Positions 33,936-44,224 are shown, counted from the stretch's first letter. The stretch is DNA of 64,000 nt from Candidatus Anstonella stagnisolia (GCA_902384585.1 CABMCJ010000004.1:770086-834085); one strand, 5' to 3'. A program made the numbers and translations. The notes: generated from the letters alone by a model not told the origin.

Positions 33936-34307
33936 ATGAAGAAAATACTCCTTGATGCGAACTTCCTGCTCCTTCCCTTCGAGTCCAAGCTGGATTTGTT
34001 CGGCGAAATCGAGCGCATTGTGGGCGAGCCCCATTCTTTTTTCACAACAAAAAGCGTAAAGCTCGAGCTTGAGAGGTTCGCAGACTTAAAAAACAAAAAA
34101 GCCGTTGCAGCGGGCTGCGCGCTGTCGTACCTGCTCCCTAAAATCGCACTCATCGAAGACGCCGGCTATGCGGACGATTCGCTCTTCGCGCTTGCAAAAA
34201 AGGAAAAATTCATCGTGTGCACAAACGACGCCGGCCTGCGTTCGCGCTTGCGCGCCGAAAAAATCCCCACCATAATAATGCGCAACCACAAGCTTGCGCT
34301 GCTATAG
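33936..34307 (+). CDS. PIN-domain ribonuclease, Fcf1/Utp24-like
   Basis: 123 aa. The N-terminus is ILLDANFLL and VCTNDAGLRSRL is also present. Confidence 0.65.
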   Translation: MKKILLDANFLLLPFESKLDLFGEIERIVGEPHSFFTTKSVKLELERFADLKNKKAVAAGCALSYLLPKIALIEDAGYADDSLFALAKKEKFIVCTNDAGLRSRLRAEKIPTIIMRNHKLALL

Positions 34308-34315
34308 GCGTTTTT

Positions 34316-35647
34316 ATGGAGCCCGACCTCCCTGCTTTTCTTGAGCGCTGCGCGCAAATACGGGAGCACATCTTGCAAATGAAAAACCCGCACATACTAA
34401 GCCACTTTGATTGCGACGGGCTTGCAAGCGCCTCAATCACAACCGCCTTTTTAACGCAACACAACATCCCCCACACCCTCCAAATAGTGAAAAAACTTGA
34501 TGCAGCCGCACTCTCTTCCCTCTCGGGCAAAAAGGAGATAATTTTCACTGACCTGGGGAGCGGCTGCCGGGAAATTTCCAACCTGCATGGCGACATAGTC
34601 GTGCTCGACCACCACCAACGCGCCGGCATCCCACACCTCGAGGCAAACCCATATCTTTTTGGCTTTAATGGCGACACGCACATAAGCGCAAGCGGCGTGT
34701 GCTACTTTGTTTTCAAAACCCACGTGCATTTGGGCATTGTGGGTGCAGTCGGGGATGTGCAAACCCCCCTCTCCTCACCTGAAAGTCTAAACTGCCTGAT
34801 GCTTCAGGACGCCGAAAATTCCAATGCCGTGAAAAAATACACCGGCATCCGCCTCTTCGGGCGCGCAAGCAGGCCACTCTCCCAAATGCTTTTTTTTGCA
34901 GACGACCCGTATCTTCCTGGCTTGAGCGGCGATGAGCAGCGCTGCTCCCAATTCCTCTCAACCTGCAACATCCCGCTGAAAGAAGGCGAACGCTGGCGCA
35001 CCTACCTGGACCTCACACAATCCGAGCAGGCAGCACTCATAAGCGCGCTCGCGGAATTCCTCTCAAAAGACGGCTCCCCAACAAAACCCCAACAACTTCT
35101 CTCCGAGAACTACCTTCTCCTCTCCCAGCCAAAAGGAAGCGAGCTTTCAGACGCAGGCGAGTTTTCAACCCTTCTGAATGCATGCGGCAGGAACAACAGG
35201 CCGCAAACAGGGATTGGTGTGTGCCTTGGCGAAGCAGGCGCAGTGCAGGAAGCCCTCTCACTCCTCGCGCTTCACCGCAAAAACCTGCGCGCCGGCATAG
35301 AATATGCGCAGGCAAACCTGCTTGATTTCGGCAAATTTTTCCTCCTTGACGGGCGCGGCATAATACCTGACGGAATAATCGGCGTAGTCGCAGGCATGCT
35401 TGTTGGCAGGGGGCAAAAACCAATACTTGCGCTCGCACTTGATTCGGACTCAAAAAACACACTAAAGCTTTCCACCCGCGCAACAAAATCCCTTGTCGAA
35501 TCCGGTTTAAATTTAGGCAAAATACTCAACGAAACAACCCCTTTGCTTGGCGGCGTTGGCGGCGGGCACAAAATAGCCGCAGGCGCCTCAATCCCAAATG
35601 AAAAACTGGAGGAATTCCTGCTTCTTTTTGCAGAAAAACTACAATAA
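34316..35647 (+). CDS. DHH-family RecJ-like nuclease (archaeal RecJ/Cdc45/GAN homolog)
   Basis: Start moved to ATG 34316. It has SHFDCDGLASA, VVLDHHQ (DHH) and the DHHA1 motif GGVGGGHKIAAG. Confidence 0.8.
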   Translation: MEPDLPAFLERCAQIREHILQMKNPHILSHFDCDGLASASITTAFLTQHNIPHTLQIVKKLDAAALSSLSGKKEIIFTDLGSGCREISNLHGDIVVLDHHQRAGIPHLEANPYLFGFNGDTHISASGVCYFVFKTHVHLGIVGAVGDVQTPLSSPESLNCLMLQDAENSNAVKKYTGIRLFGRASRPLSQMLFFADDPYLPGLSGDEQRCSQFLSTCNIPLKEGERWRTYLDLTQSEQAALISALAEFLSKDGSPTKPQQLLSENYLLLSQPKGSELSDAGEFSTLLNACGRNNRPQTGIGVCLGEAGAVQEALSLLALHRKNLRAGIEYAQANLLDFGKFFLLDGRGIIPDGIIGVVAGMLVGRGQKPILALALDSDSKNTLKLSTRATKSLVESGLNLGKILNETTPLLGGVGGGHKIAAGASIPNEKLEEFLLLFAEKLQ

Positions 35648-36397
35648 CACTTTCCTTCCAGCGCAGTCGCGGTGGAATTTCCCGAATTCGGGGTGCTCCA
35701 CAATTTTTGCGTCAAAAACAGGCCCGTCAAAACACACTAAAATTTCCCCAATAGAGCACTGCCCGCACATCCCAAATCCGCATTTCATGTACCGTTCCAA
35801 AAGAAGCTGGCATTTTATTTTTTTCTCAATGCAAAGTTTCCCTACCGCGCCCATCATCTTCTCAGGCCCGCACGCATACACCTCATCAATTTTCTCTTCC
35901 TGCAAAATTTTCTTAAGCGCATCCACAACGTTTCCCTTCATGCCTTCAGACCCGTCATCCGTTGTAAAAACAGTGCGCACCCCCGTCTCCCCTTTCATGA
36001 GCTTGTCCTTTGAGCGCGCCCCAATAACCACGATTGGCTCATCCCCTTTTTTCTTTGCAATCCTTGCGGCATATCTCATCGGCCCGGTCCCGTACCCGCC
36101 CCCAATCGCAACAATCTTCTTTCCCTGCGGCTCAAAAAAGTTCCCGTACGGCCCAAACAGCCAAATCTTTTCGCCTTTTTTCATGGAGGCAAATTTCCTG
36201 CTGAATTCCCCAACTGCACACACGGAGAACCTAAGGGGCGAAACCCCTGCAACGCTAAACGGCTTTTGCCCAACGCCCGGAACCCACACCATGTAAAATT
36301 GCCCAGGCTGCGGCTTGTCCTTGCACTCAACAAAAATAGTCTTGGTCGCCTGGTTCTCATCCTCAACTTTGCTTATTTTGCATTCTTTTGGAAGCAT
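35639..36397 (-). CDS. pyrK: Dihydroorotate dehydrogenase electron-transfer subunit
   Basis: It has the FAD/NAD-binding fold and a C-terminal 2Fe-2S ligand block, CGFGMCGQCS. It lies immediately downstream of pyrD. Confidence 0.85.
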   Translation of the reverse strand: MLPKECKISKVEDENQATKTIFVECKDKPQPGQFYMVWVPGVGQKPFSVAGVSPLRFSVCAVGEFSRKFASMKKGEKIWLFGPYGNFFEPQGKKIVAIGGGYGTGPMRYAARIAKKKGDEPIVVIGARSKDKLMKGETGVRTVFTTDDGSEGMKGNVVDALKKILQEEKIDEVYACGPEKMMGAVGKLCIEKKIKCQLLLERYMKCGFGMCGQCSIGEILVCFDGPVFDAKIVEHPEFGKFHRDCAGRKVLL

Positions 36398-36401
36398 TTT
36401 C

Positions 36402-37340
36402 TCACTCTTGCAATTTCAACCCGCTTATTTTTGAATACCCGTTTTCCTTCATGAATGCAAAAAGCTCGTCGCGTATTTCCCCAAGCGCATTTTTCCTATA
36501 AGAAATTGCGCTTCCCACCCCAACTGCGCTTGCGCCTGCCATGAGCATCTCAACTGCATCAAGCCCGCTCATCACTCCGCCCGTCCCTATTATCGGTATT
36601 TCAACTTCCCTCGAAACGCTATACACCGCGCGCAGCGCAATCGGCTTTAGCGCAGCACCCGAAAGCCCGCCCTCCCTGTTGCTTAAAATAGGCCTTCTCG
36701 CCTTGGCATCAATGAGCATTCCAGGCATTGTGTTTATTGCAACAATCCCGTCCGCCCCTGCTTCCTCAACTGCTTTTGCAACTTCCACGATGTCCGTTAC
36801 GTTTGGCGTGAGTTTCGCAAACACCGGCACGCTGCAAACGTTTTTCACCGCCACTACGACTTTCGCGGCATCTTCGCTCACGCACGCAAACATCCTTCCC
36901 TCGCTCCCAACATTCGGGCACGACATGTTAAGCTCAATCGCATCCGGCTTTGCCTCCATTACAATCTGCGCGGCCTGCGCAAACTCCTCCACAGAGCGCG
37001 CGAATATGCTCGCAATTACGGGCACGCCTTCCTTTAGGCAGCCTTTTTTTGCCTCTGCAAGCTCCTCTACTTCGGTTTTTGCGCCCGGATTCGATAATCC
37101 AACCGCATTTAGCACATACCCGTCAAGAAGCACTATTGTGGGGTTCTTATGCCCCTCCCGCGGCTGCAGGCTGCATGATTTTGACGTTACCGCGCCCGCG
37201 CCGCTCTTTGCAGCCCTTACAAGAAGAAGCCCGCTTGTGCCCCAAATTCCCGATGCAAGGACAAGGGGGTTGCCCATCCTCATCCTGCACATTTCAACAG
37301 ACAAATCCGGGTTTCCCAAACAAGCACCAGAATATTGCAT
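36402..37340 (-). CDS. pyrD: Dihydroorotate dehydrogenase (class 1B catalytic subunit)
   Basis: Family motifs NPLVLASG, ELNMSCPN, VFAKLTPN and IIGTGGV are present. Confidence 0.9.
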   Translation of the reverse strand: MQYSGACLGNPDLSVEMCRMRMGNPLVLASGIWGTSGLLLVRAAKSGAGAVTSKSCSLQPREGHKNPTIVLLDGYVLNAVGLSNPGAKTEVEELAEAKKGCLKEGVPVIASIFARSVEEFAQAAQIVMEAKPDAIELNMSCPNVGSEGRMFACVSEDAAKVVVAVKNVCSVPVFAKLTPNVTDIVEVAKAVEEAGADGIVAINTMPGMLIDAKARRPILSNREGGLSGAALKPIALRAVYSVSREVEIPIIGTGGVMSGLDAVEMLMAGASAVGVGSAISYRKNALGEIRDELFAFMKENGYSKISGLKLQE

Positions 37341-37377
37341 CAGAAGATGTTTTTAACCTTAATTGCCAAATGCTTAC

Positions 37378-38859
37378 ATGCTTTTCACGCAGAAATACTC
37401 GCCCCATTCCCTCGCCGAGCTGGCAGGGAACGAGGAGGCATTTTCAAAAATGCGCCGCTGGGCGTTCCTGTGGGCAAAAGGGGAACGCCCGCAGCCGCTT
37501 CTTCTTTTTGGCCCCTGCGGCGTTGGGAAAACATGCAGCGTGCATGCCCTTGCAGAGGAGTTCAGTTGGGACCTTCTCGAGCTCAACAGTTCCTCGAGCC
37601 GAACCTCCGAGGCAATCTCGGATTTCCTTGGCGCAGCCTCTTCTTCCTCGGGCCTTTTTGGCAACAAAAAACTCCTTCTTATAGATGACGCTGATTTTGC
37701 TGCAGGCGAAGACCGCGGCAGTGCGTCTGCATTCGCAAAAATAGCATCGTCCGCGCAGCAGCCGCTCATCATAACCGCAACAGACGCATACAACAAAAAC
37801 CTTGCACCGCTTCGCGGAATTTGCGAAAAAACCGAGCTCAAGAAGGTGAATGTGCACGCGCTCCTTTTAGTCCTCAAGCGCGTGTGCAAGGCTGAAAAAA
37901 TCCAGCTTTCAGACGAAGAACTTTCCCTTATCGCGCAGAATTCGCAAGGTGACGTGCGCGCAGCCCTGAACGATTTGCAGGCGCGCAATTTCTCCCCTCT
38001 CTCGCGCGAGCGCGAAAAAAACATTTTCGAGGTCGTGCGCGGCATCTTCAAGGCAACAAAATATTCCGAGTGCCGCCCTCTAATGATGTCATGTTCCGTC
38101 CCAAACGACACGCTCAAGCTCTGGATAGAGGAGAACATCCCCATAGAATACGAAAAGCCCTCGGACATCGCAGCCGCGTTCAATTCGCTCTCGCGCTCCG
38201 ATATGTTTGACGGCAGGATAAGAAACCGCCAGTACTGGGGCTTTTTGCGCTACTCAACCGACCTCATGGGCGCGGGCGTTGCACTTTCAAAGGAGGCGCC
38301 CTACCGGAAATTCACCGCATACGCGTACCCCTCCTACATACGCACAATGGGCGCAACAAAGGAAAAGCGCTCCATACGCAAATCCCTCTCGCGCAAGTTC
38401 GCAACAAACTTCCACTGCTCGCTTTGGGCAGGCATGGACTATGTGCAACTTTTTACCTTGTTTGCAAAGCAGGACGCAGCGCACACCTGCGCAGCATACT
38501 CAATAGAGGTTCCGGAACTCGCATACCTTCTTGGCACTACTTCTGAAAAAGCGCAAAAGCTTCTTGAAGGCAAAGGGGAAAACCCCAAAAAACCCAAAAA
38601 ATCAAACGCCGCAGCAAGCGAAAAACCGCAAGAAGTTCCCGCCGTACTTCCCCCCGGCAAAAAAACCCGGCAAAAGAGCGCGAAAAAAGAAACCGTTGCA
38701 GGAAAAACCGCAGAAAAAACACCCATGCCAGAAAAAGGCCCCGCATCCGGCGCAAAAAACGAACCCCCAAAATCCACCCCTGCCGAAAAAACAGGCAAAA
38801 ACCCTCCTGAGGAAAAACAAAAATCTTCTGGCAGGCAGTCAACACTGGGGTTCGACTAG
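37378..38859 (+). CDS. rfcL: Replication factor C large subunit with a Lys/Pro-rich tail and a C-terminal PIP-like box
   Basis: Start moved to ATG 37378 (MLFTQKYSPHSLAELAGNEEA). Walker A is LLFGPCGVGKT, Walker B is LLLIDDAD and SRSD is present. The C-terminus is ...GRQSTLGFD. Confidence 0.85.
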   Translation: MLFTQKYSPHSLAELAGNEEAFSKMRRWAFLWAKGERPQPLLLFGPCGVGKTCSVHALAEEFSWDLLELNSSSSRTSEAISDFLGAASSSSGLFGNKKLLLIDDADFAAGEDRGSASAFAKIASSAQQPLIITATDAYNKNLAPLRGICEKTELKKVNVHALLLVLKRVCKAEKIQLSDEELSLIAQNSQGDVRAALNDLQARNFSPLSREREKNIFEVVRGIFKATKYSECRPLMMSCSVPNDTLKLWIEENIPIEYEKPSDIAAAFNSLSRSDMFDGRIRNRQYWGFLRYSTDLMGAGVALSKEAPYRKFTAYAYPSYIRTMGATKEKRSIRKSLSRKFATNFHCSLWAGMDYVQLFTLFAKQDAAHTCAAYSIEVPELAYLLGTTSEKAQKLLEGKGENPKKPKKSNAAASEKPQEVPAVLPPGKKTRQKSAKKETVAGKTAEKTPMPEKGPASGAKNEPPKSTPAEKTGKNPPEEKQKSSGRQSTLGFD

Positions 38860-38951
38860 CCCTTCATCTTCGTTCCACCGCCGATAAAAAGCGAACGTTT
38901 AAAAAACAATACGGCGTATTTACCCCGTTATTTATTGTGGAGGTGTCTTTA

Positions 38952-39167
38952 ATGGGAAAGAAAATTGGAACAGAGAAAATAAAGAGAGAAGACGGCTACC
39001 TTTACTACATCGGTAAAGACGGCTACGTATGGGCAGCCCCAATGAAACACAACAAATCCGGCAGGAAGAAGAAAGTCGGAGGAGAGAAGGTTTCAAAGGA
39101 ATCCGGCTTCATGTACTATCTTGGAAAGGATGGCTACGTGTACAGCGCAAAGCTGAAAAACGCTTAA
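38952..39167 (+). CDS. Small (71 aa) very basic protein made of two copies of a [D/S]G[Y/F].YY.GKDGYV motif
   Basis: ATG 38952 has a GGAGGTG RBS 7 nt upstream and a TTTAAAAA TATA-like box at about 38899. The repeat units are REDGYLYYIGKDGYVWAAPMK and KESGFMYYLGKDGYVYSAKLK. A strong hairpin terminator follows. Confidence 0.55.
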   Translation: MGKKIGTEKIKREDGYLYYIGKDGYVWAAPMKHNKSGRKKKVGGEKVSKESGFMYYLGKDGYVYSAKLKNA

Positions 39168-39185
39168 GTAACTTTTTTCTTTGGG

Positions 39186-39220
39186 GCGGATTCGCAAGAA
39201 TCCGCTTTTCTAATTTTTTA
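39186..39220 (+). terminator. Hairpin plus T-tract terminator
   Basis: GCGGATTC-GCAA-GAATCCGC (39186..39205) is followed by TTTTCTAATTTTTTA. Confidence 0.5.
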
Positions 39221-39291
39221 TGCGTGCGTCTATCCATCGTTCTTCTCACCACAAGACACATGGTTAAAAATCTGCCATTTTAAATCCTGCC

Positions 39292-40080
39292 ATGGACATT
39301 TACGAGCGAGCATATTTTGACCGATGGCGCAACATGATAGGGGACAAAAACCTTGGCAGTGCAATCATAATGTCCTCGGATTACGCATTCTTGTTCCACT
39401 TTGGCAAAAAGAGGCACCACGGGCAGCTGGTGGTTGATTTTGGCGGCAACATCGGGGCGAATTCGCGGCAAATCGAAAACACCGTTGTAGTTGAAATAAG
39501 CGACGCGGCGCGCGAATGGATGAACGCCAACGGCGTCAAGTGCGAAAAATCCATTGATTCCTTTGCAGACGGCTCAATAGATACGATATACTGCTCCCAT
39601 GTGCTTGAGCATTTGGAAGAGCCCGTGCGCTACCTGCGCCTTTTCAGGAAAAAACTGAAAAAAGGCGGCAAGCTCCTCCTTGTGCTGCCCTCTGAAAACC
39701 AGATGTTCGAGCCGCAAGCGCCGCTCTTTGACGAAAACGGGCATTTGCAAACCTGGAATTTTGTGCATATCGCAACAAGCCTGCGCCTTGCCGGATTTTC
39801 CATCACACACCAAAGGCTTATCCCGCGGCCGCACTTGCTTTTTTTCCTGCCGGAAAGGGTGCTGCGCACATCCAGGCTGCGCCCTGCCTTCCTCAACGCA
39901 GTCCATTCGCTCTACAATTTCAAGCCCGTAAGGTATTTCTTTTACCAGGCTGCGCTATTTGAGCTGTTCATAAAAAGCCTGCGCCTGTTCGCATACTCGC
40001 TTTTTGGGAAAATGCCCGGCAGCGGAAAATACGGCTATGTTTTCGGCGAGAACCTCATAGAAGCCGCAAAAACCGATTGA
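39292..40080 (+). CDS. Class I SAM-dependent methyltransferase
   Basis: Motif I-like VVDFGGNIG, then YCSHVLEHLEEP and KKGGKLLLVLP. Confidence 0.7.
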   Translation: MDIYERAYFDRWRNMIGDKNLGSAIIMSSDYAFLFHFGKKRHHGQLVVDFGGNIGANSRQIENTVVVEISDAAREWMNANGVKCEKSIDSFADGSIDTIYCSHVLEHLEEPVRYLRLFRKKLKKGGKLLLVLPSENQMFEPQAPLFDENGHLQTWNFVHIATSLRLAGFSITHQRLIPRPHLLFFLPERVLRTSRLRPAFLNAVHSLYNFKPVRYFFYQAALFELFIKSLRLFAYSLFGKMPGSGKYGYVFGENLIEAAKTD

Positions 40081-40136
40081 CCTTTCCAACGCCGCAATCG
40101 CAAACATTTATATTATAACTATTCGCACTTCCATGC

Positions 40137-40874
40137 ATGCGACCAATGCTCCTGATTTTTTTCTCAGCCTTGGCAGCCTCTGCCTGCCTAGCCGAGCCGC
40201 TCAACATAGCAGTTTCAGGCGCAAACGTGCAAAACCTTGTTTCCATCTCATGGGCAAACAGCAGCAGTGCTTTCCTGCCGAATTACCCGTACCGCTCAAG
40301 TTTCACGGTTTCATGGGCAATCCCGAATTCGGCGCTCATAGGCCTTGATGCAAAACAAGTGGACGTTTACGTTGTTGCAACCGCGCAGGAAAACTCCACT
40401 GTTTCATTCACGGGCTCGCCCAACAACAAGCGCTCCGAGTTCACCCTTACCTGCATCCTGCAGGACGGCGCGTGCGGCCCTGGTTCAGAGCTTAACAAAA
40501 AGGTCGAGTTCACAATAGTCCCCTCCTCATCCCAGCCATCCACACACGAGCTCATAATCATAAATGCCTCGCTCTCCCAGCAGGGAAGCCAGCTCAACCC
40601 CGCAAGCATCCTCTCTTCGCTCTCAAATTCAAATTACCCAAACCTTGCAAACCTCTCAGGCATAAGCGAAAACAACACGATTGGTAAAATAAGCGACTTT
40701 GGCAGCCAGTTCGCAGCCGGCATTTCCCCGAATTCCTCCCCAAAGGAACCAGCTTCCCAAACCGCTTCGCCGCAGTCCCTTTCCTTCCTTTTGCAAAACC
40801 CGCTTGTTTCGCTTGTAGCGTTTGCCCTAGTGATAATAGTTACCGGCGCATACCTTCTGAAAAACAGGGATTAG
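40137..40874 (+). CDS. Secreted protein with a C-terminal TM anchor, function unknown
   Basis: The Sec-type signal is LLIFFSALAASACLAEP. A Ser/Asn-rich body is followed by the C-terminal helix LVSLVAFALVIIVTGAYLL plus KNRD. Confidence 0.5.
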   Translation: MRPMLLIFFSALAASACLAEPLNIAVSGANVQNLVSISWANSSSAFLPNYPYRSSFTVSWAIPNSALIGLDAKQVDVYVVATAQENSTVSFTGSPNNKRSEFTLTCILQDGACGPGSELNKKVEFTIVPSSSQPSTHELIIINASLSQQGSQLNPASILSSLSNSNYPNLANLSGISENNTIGKISDFGSQFAAGISPNSSPKEPASQTASPQSLSFLLQNPLVSLVAFALVIIVTGAYLLKNRD

Positions 40875-40877
40875 CCC

Positions 40878-41930
40878 CTAATCCAGCTTCGCGCTGCCCA
40901 CTTTTACTACGAACTCAATCGTTTTGTCAATGTCCTTAAGGCTGCACACGGACACATTCGAATGTATGTACCTCGCAGGCACCCCCACTGCAATTGACGG
41001 TATGCCTCCCCTTACGTTGTACACGCTCGCGGCGTCCGTTGCCCCGCCCTCTATTACTTCTATTTGCAGCGCAATCTTCGCCTTTTTCGCAACTTCCATT
41101 ATGCGCGCGCGCAATTTCTCATCTGCGATGTTTCCCATCCCTCCTGCCTCTACAAGCGTGAGCGCGGGGCCCTTTCCAAGGTGCACTATGCTGTCATCCT
41201 CGCTCATTTCCGGATGGTCGCCCGCAATCGCAGTGTCAATTGCAACAAACGCCGCCGGCAAATGGTGGTATGCGCTCAGCGCTGCCCCTTTCCCAAAGGT
41301 CGAAACTTCCTCCTGCGCAGTCCCGACAAATACTATGTTCTTCCCCCGAAGCTTTTTCGCAGCCTCAAGGAGCACGTAGCACCCAACCCTGTTGTCCAGC
41401 GCCTTTCCAGTAACCAGTTTTCCGTTAAGGGTTTTCAGCTCCATGTCAAAGCAAATCGGGTCGCCCACCGCGACGCCCATGGCTTCGGCATCCTTCCTGC
41501 TTGCAGCCCCGATATCTATGAAAAGCTGCTTATTGTCAATCGACTCTTTTGCCTCTTCCCTCTTTTGCATGTGCGGCGGCTTGTGCCCGATTACCCCGTA
41601 TATCTTCCCCTTTGCAGTCCTCACCACTACCCTCTGGTTAAGCAGCACACGGTTGTCAATGCCGCCCACTTTTATGAACCGTATGAACCCCTTGTCATTT
41701 ATGAATTTCACCATGAGCCCTATTTCATCCATGTGCGCACCCAGCATGAGCGCGCCCTCCTTCACTTTCTTTTCCTTTGCAACAACGTTCCCAAACCTGT
41801 CCACGTGCGCATCGTACCCGATCTTCCTGAATTCCCCCATCATGATTTCCCGTATCTCCCCTTCCTGGCTTGGGATGCCGAATGCGTTTGAGAGCCTTGC
41901 CAATAGTTTGATATCCACCATGAGAACCAC
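40878..41930 (-). CDS. M42 family peptidase (TET/FrvX-type aminopeptidase)
   Basis: 350 aa with AHMDEIGLMV, GKALDNRVG and the typical size. Confidence 0.85.
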   Translation of the reverse strand: MVLMVDIKLLARLSNAFGIPSQEGEIREIMMGEFRKIGYDAHVDRFGNVVAKEKKVKEGALMLGAHMDEIGLMVKFINDKGFIRFIKVGGIDNRVLLNQRVVVRTAKGKIYGVIGHKPPHMQKREEAKESIDNKQLFIDIGAASRKDAEAMGVAVGDPICFDMELKTLNGKLVTGKALDNRVGCYVLLEAAKKLRGKNIVFVGTAQEEVSTFGKGAALSAYHHLPAAFVAIDTAIAGDHPEMSEDDSIVHLGKGPALTLVEAGGMGNIADEKLRARIMEVAKKAKIALQIEVIEGGATDAASVYNVRGGIPSIAVGVPARYIHSNVSVCSLKDIDKTIEFVVKVGSAKLD

Positions 41931-42070
41931 CTTGCATAGAATTTGAGGGGAGGCATTTAAAAGGTTTTAAACAAGTCGCTAAAAACGCAATAAAAAGTAT
42001 TCATCTTCCCACTATTGGCGAAAGCTTTATATTGCCAAACTTTGCATATTGATAACAGAATAGTGTTACC

Positions 42071-42601
42071 ATGTCATTTTTAGCTTCGCACGCAACAGGG
42101 GCCACATACGCCCCCGAACGCCTCAAAACTCCATTCGCTCTCCTGCGCAGCCTTGCCAATTCCATCAGGCGGCGCACCCATTCCCTGGCAAGCCTGGACA
42201 TGTCGCTAATAAGGCAGTTCAATTGCGGCTTTCCAAAGGGCGAAGTAAAGGCATCTGACTTATCTGGCCTTTTCGAACAGGCATTCAAGGATGGCGCGTC
42301 CATGCGCCAAGTTTACATCGCGGCGACAAAGAATCCAGCTTTGGCAGAAGGCAAAAATGAGCTTTTAACCGCACTTTTGCAGGCGCTCCGCGAGGCCGAG
42401 CCTGGAAAACTCCATCGCGCATTCACATTTGCAACCCACAAGCTCGACCTGTTTTCCGAAGAGCCTGCGCTGCTTCTTTGCCATATCCGCTCATGCGACC
42501 AGACATTGTACCTGATACTGCAATCAAGGCTGCTCTCAGGCTCCCAATACGAGCGCGCCCTTGCCCAAGAAGCGCAAACTCTTTTTCAAAACAGGGCCTA
42601 A
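42071..42601 (+). CDS. Hypothetical protein
   Basis: 176-aa ORF with a TATA-like CTTTATATT about 35 nt upstream. No recognised motifs. Confidence 0.4.
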   Translation: MSFLASHATGATYAPERLKTPFALLRSLANSIRRRTHSLASLDMSLIRQFNCGFPKGEVKASDLSGLFEQAFKDGASMRQVYIAATKNPALAEGKNELLTALLQALREAEPGKLHRAFTFATHKLDLFSEEPALLLCHIRSCDQTLYLILQSRLLSGSQYERALAQEAQTLFQNRA

Positions 42602-42683
42602 GCAAGTTTTCCCAAAAAAACAGCAGCGGCGCAACCCCCGCAAAAGGCGCACCTATTTATAATCCGCAGCAAAAATCCAACAC

Positions 42684-43550
42684 ATGTTCAAAATAATTTT
42701 TCTCGGGACAGCCGCCTCTACCCCTTCAATAGAGCGCAACCTGCCCTCAATCGCCCTTGTGCGCGAAGGCAGCGCATACCTTTTTGACTGCGGCGAGGGC
42801 ACGCAGCGGCAAATGCTCAAATTCGGCATTTCCTATGCAAAGGTGCGCTCAATTTTCCTTTCGCACCTGCACTTAGACCACGTGTTAGGCATCTTCGGGC
42901 TATCCCAGACAATAAAGCTCAATTTGCAGGGGAAAAAACTCCAGGTGCTCGGCCCCAAGGGAACATCCCAGTTTGCCTCTTCAAACCCCCAGCTCATTGC
43001 AACCGAGCTTGCCCCAGGAAAGCAACTTGACATGGGGGATTTCACAATCACTCCGGTAAAGAACAAACACAACTGCAAGGAGAGCTTTGCGTTCATAATG
43101 CAGGAAAAGCCCAGGATACGCTTCCATGAGGAAAAGGCGAAGTCCCTCGGCTTAAAAGGCCCGCTTTTCACAGAAATACAAGAGAAAGGCAAGCTCAAAA
43201 TAAACAACAAGACAATAAAACTCAAGGATGTCACCTACATCCAAGAAGGCAAAAAAATAGTGTATTCCGGCGACACCGCACCCTGCGCCCCAATGCTCAA
43301 GGCAGCAAAAAACGCCGACATTCTTATCCACGAATCAACTTTCTCAAAAGCCGACAACGCGCTTGCAAAAGAGTGCCTGCACTCAACTGCGGAGGATGCG
43401 GCGCTGCTTGCAAAAAAAGCAGGCGTAAAAATGCTCATCCTCACGCACGTTGGCAACCGCTACCCGCCTTCCCAGCTTGAGGGGGAGGCAAAGGCAATTT
43501 TCCCAAACACTATACTTGCGCGCGATGGGATGTGCGCTGAAATCCGTTAG
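42684..43550 (+). CDS. rnz: Ribonuclease Z (tRNA 3' endonuclease)
   Basis: FLGTAASTPS, FDCGEGTQRQ and SHLHLDHVLG are present; MBL fold; 288 aa. Confidence 0.9.
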   Translation: MFKIIFLGTAASTPSIERNLPSIALVREGSAYLFDCGEGTQRQMLKFGISYAKVRSIFLSHLHLDHVLGIFGLSQTIKLNLQGKKLQVLGPKGTSQFASSNPQLIATELAPGKQLDMGDFTITPVKNKHNCKESFAFIMQEKPRIRFHEEKAKSLGLKGPLFTEIQEKGKLKINNKTIKLKDVTYIQEGKKIVYSGDTAPCAPMLKAAKNADILIHESTFSKADNALAKECLHSTAEDAALLAKKAGVKMLILTHVGNRYPPSQLEGEAKAIFPNTILARDGMCAEIR

Positions 43551-44218
43551 AAGAGCGCAGCCTGCAAGAAATAGAAAATGTGCCTCCACCTTATTTTGCT
43601 CTTCCCATCTTCCCTTTTTCCCATGCAAAATTGGACTTCCGAAATTTGCGCGTCCCTTGGCGCATATTTTAGCATCTCAAAAAGCACCTTGTAGCCTTTA
43701 CCAACAAATTTCCCTTTCTGCGCAACCACTTGCGCAAGCGCCGCCCTTGCCCCAAAAAACCCGCTCATGGGGTCTTTCACAGTTTTCTTCCCACGCAGAA
43801 ACAGCGACGCGTTGGCAATTGCAGTCGCCCCAAGCGAAATAACCTTCCGATGCAATTTCATCGTTTCCCAATCTTCCCTTGCCCCAATCGCAAAATCCGA
43901 GCCGTTCTTGAGCGCTTCAACAAGTTCCCTTGCTTTTGCAACAGGGTGCTGCCCGTCCGCGTCCATCACAACAACAAATTCCCCTTTTGCAAATTTCAGC
44001 GCATGCAGCACGCTTATGCAAAGCCCGTGCTCCTCTTCTTTGCTTCTGTCCAAAAAAAGAACCCGCTTGCTGTGGAGTTTTTCAATTTCTTCCCTTGTCC
44101 CATCAGTTGACCCGTCATCCGCAACAATTGCAAAACATTCCTCATCTTCAAGCAGCGCCCGTACTATTGCTCTTATGCTTCCCGCCTCATTCAAAACCGG
44201 CAAAATTACGCTGTACAT
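43547..44218 (-). CDS. GT2 glycosyltransferase, dolichyl-phosphate mannose/glucose synthase-like
   Basis: VILPVLNEAGSI, VADDGSTDGT and VVMDADGQH are present. It is the last gene of the pilin-like operon. Confidence 0.8.
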   Translation of the reverse strand: MYSVILPVLNEAGSIRAIVRALLEDEECFAIVADDGSTDGTREEIEKLHSKRVLFLDRSKEEEHGLCISVLHALKFAKGEFVVVMDADGQHPVAKARELVEALKNGSDFAIGAREDWETMKLHRKVISLGATAIANASLFLRGKKTVKDPMSGFFGARAALAQVVAQKGKFVGKGYKVLFEMLKYAPRDAQISEVQFCMGKREDGKSKIRWRHIFYFLQAALF

Positions 44219-44224
44219 GGAAAA

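Noticed and set aside
36541-37356. 271-aa plus-strand ORF and 36950..37684.
   Set aside because: They are antisense to pyrD, whose identity is secure.
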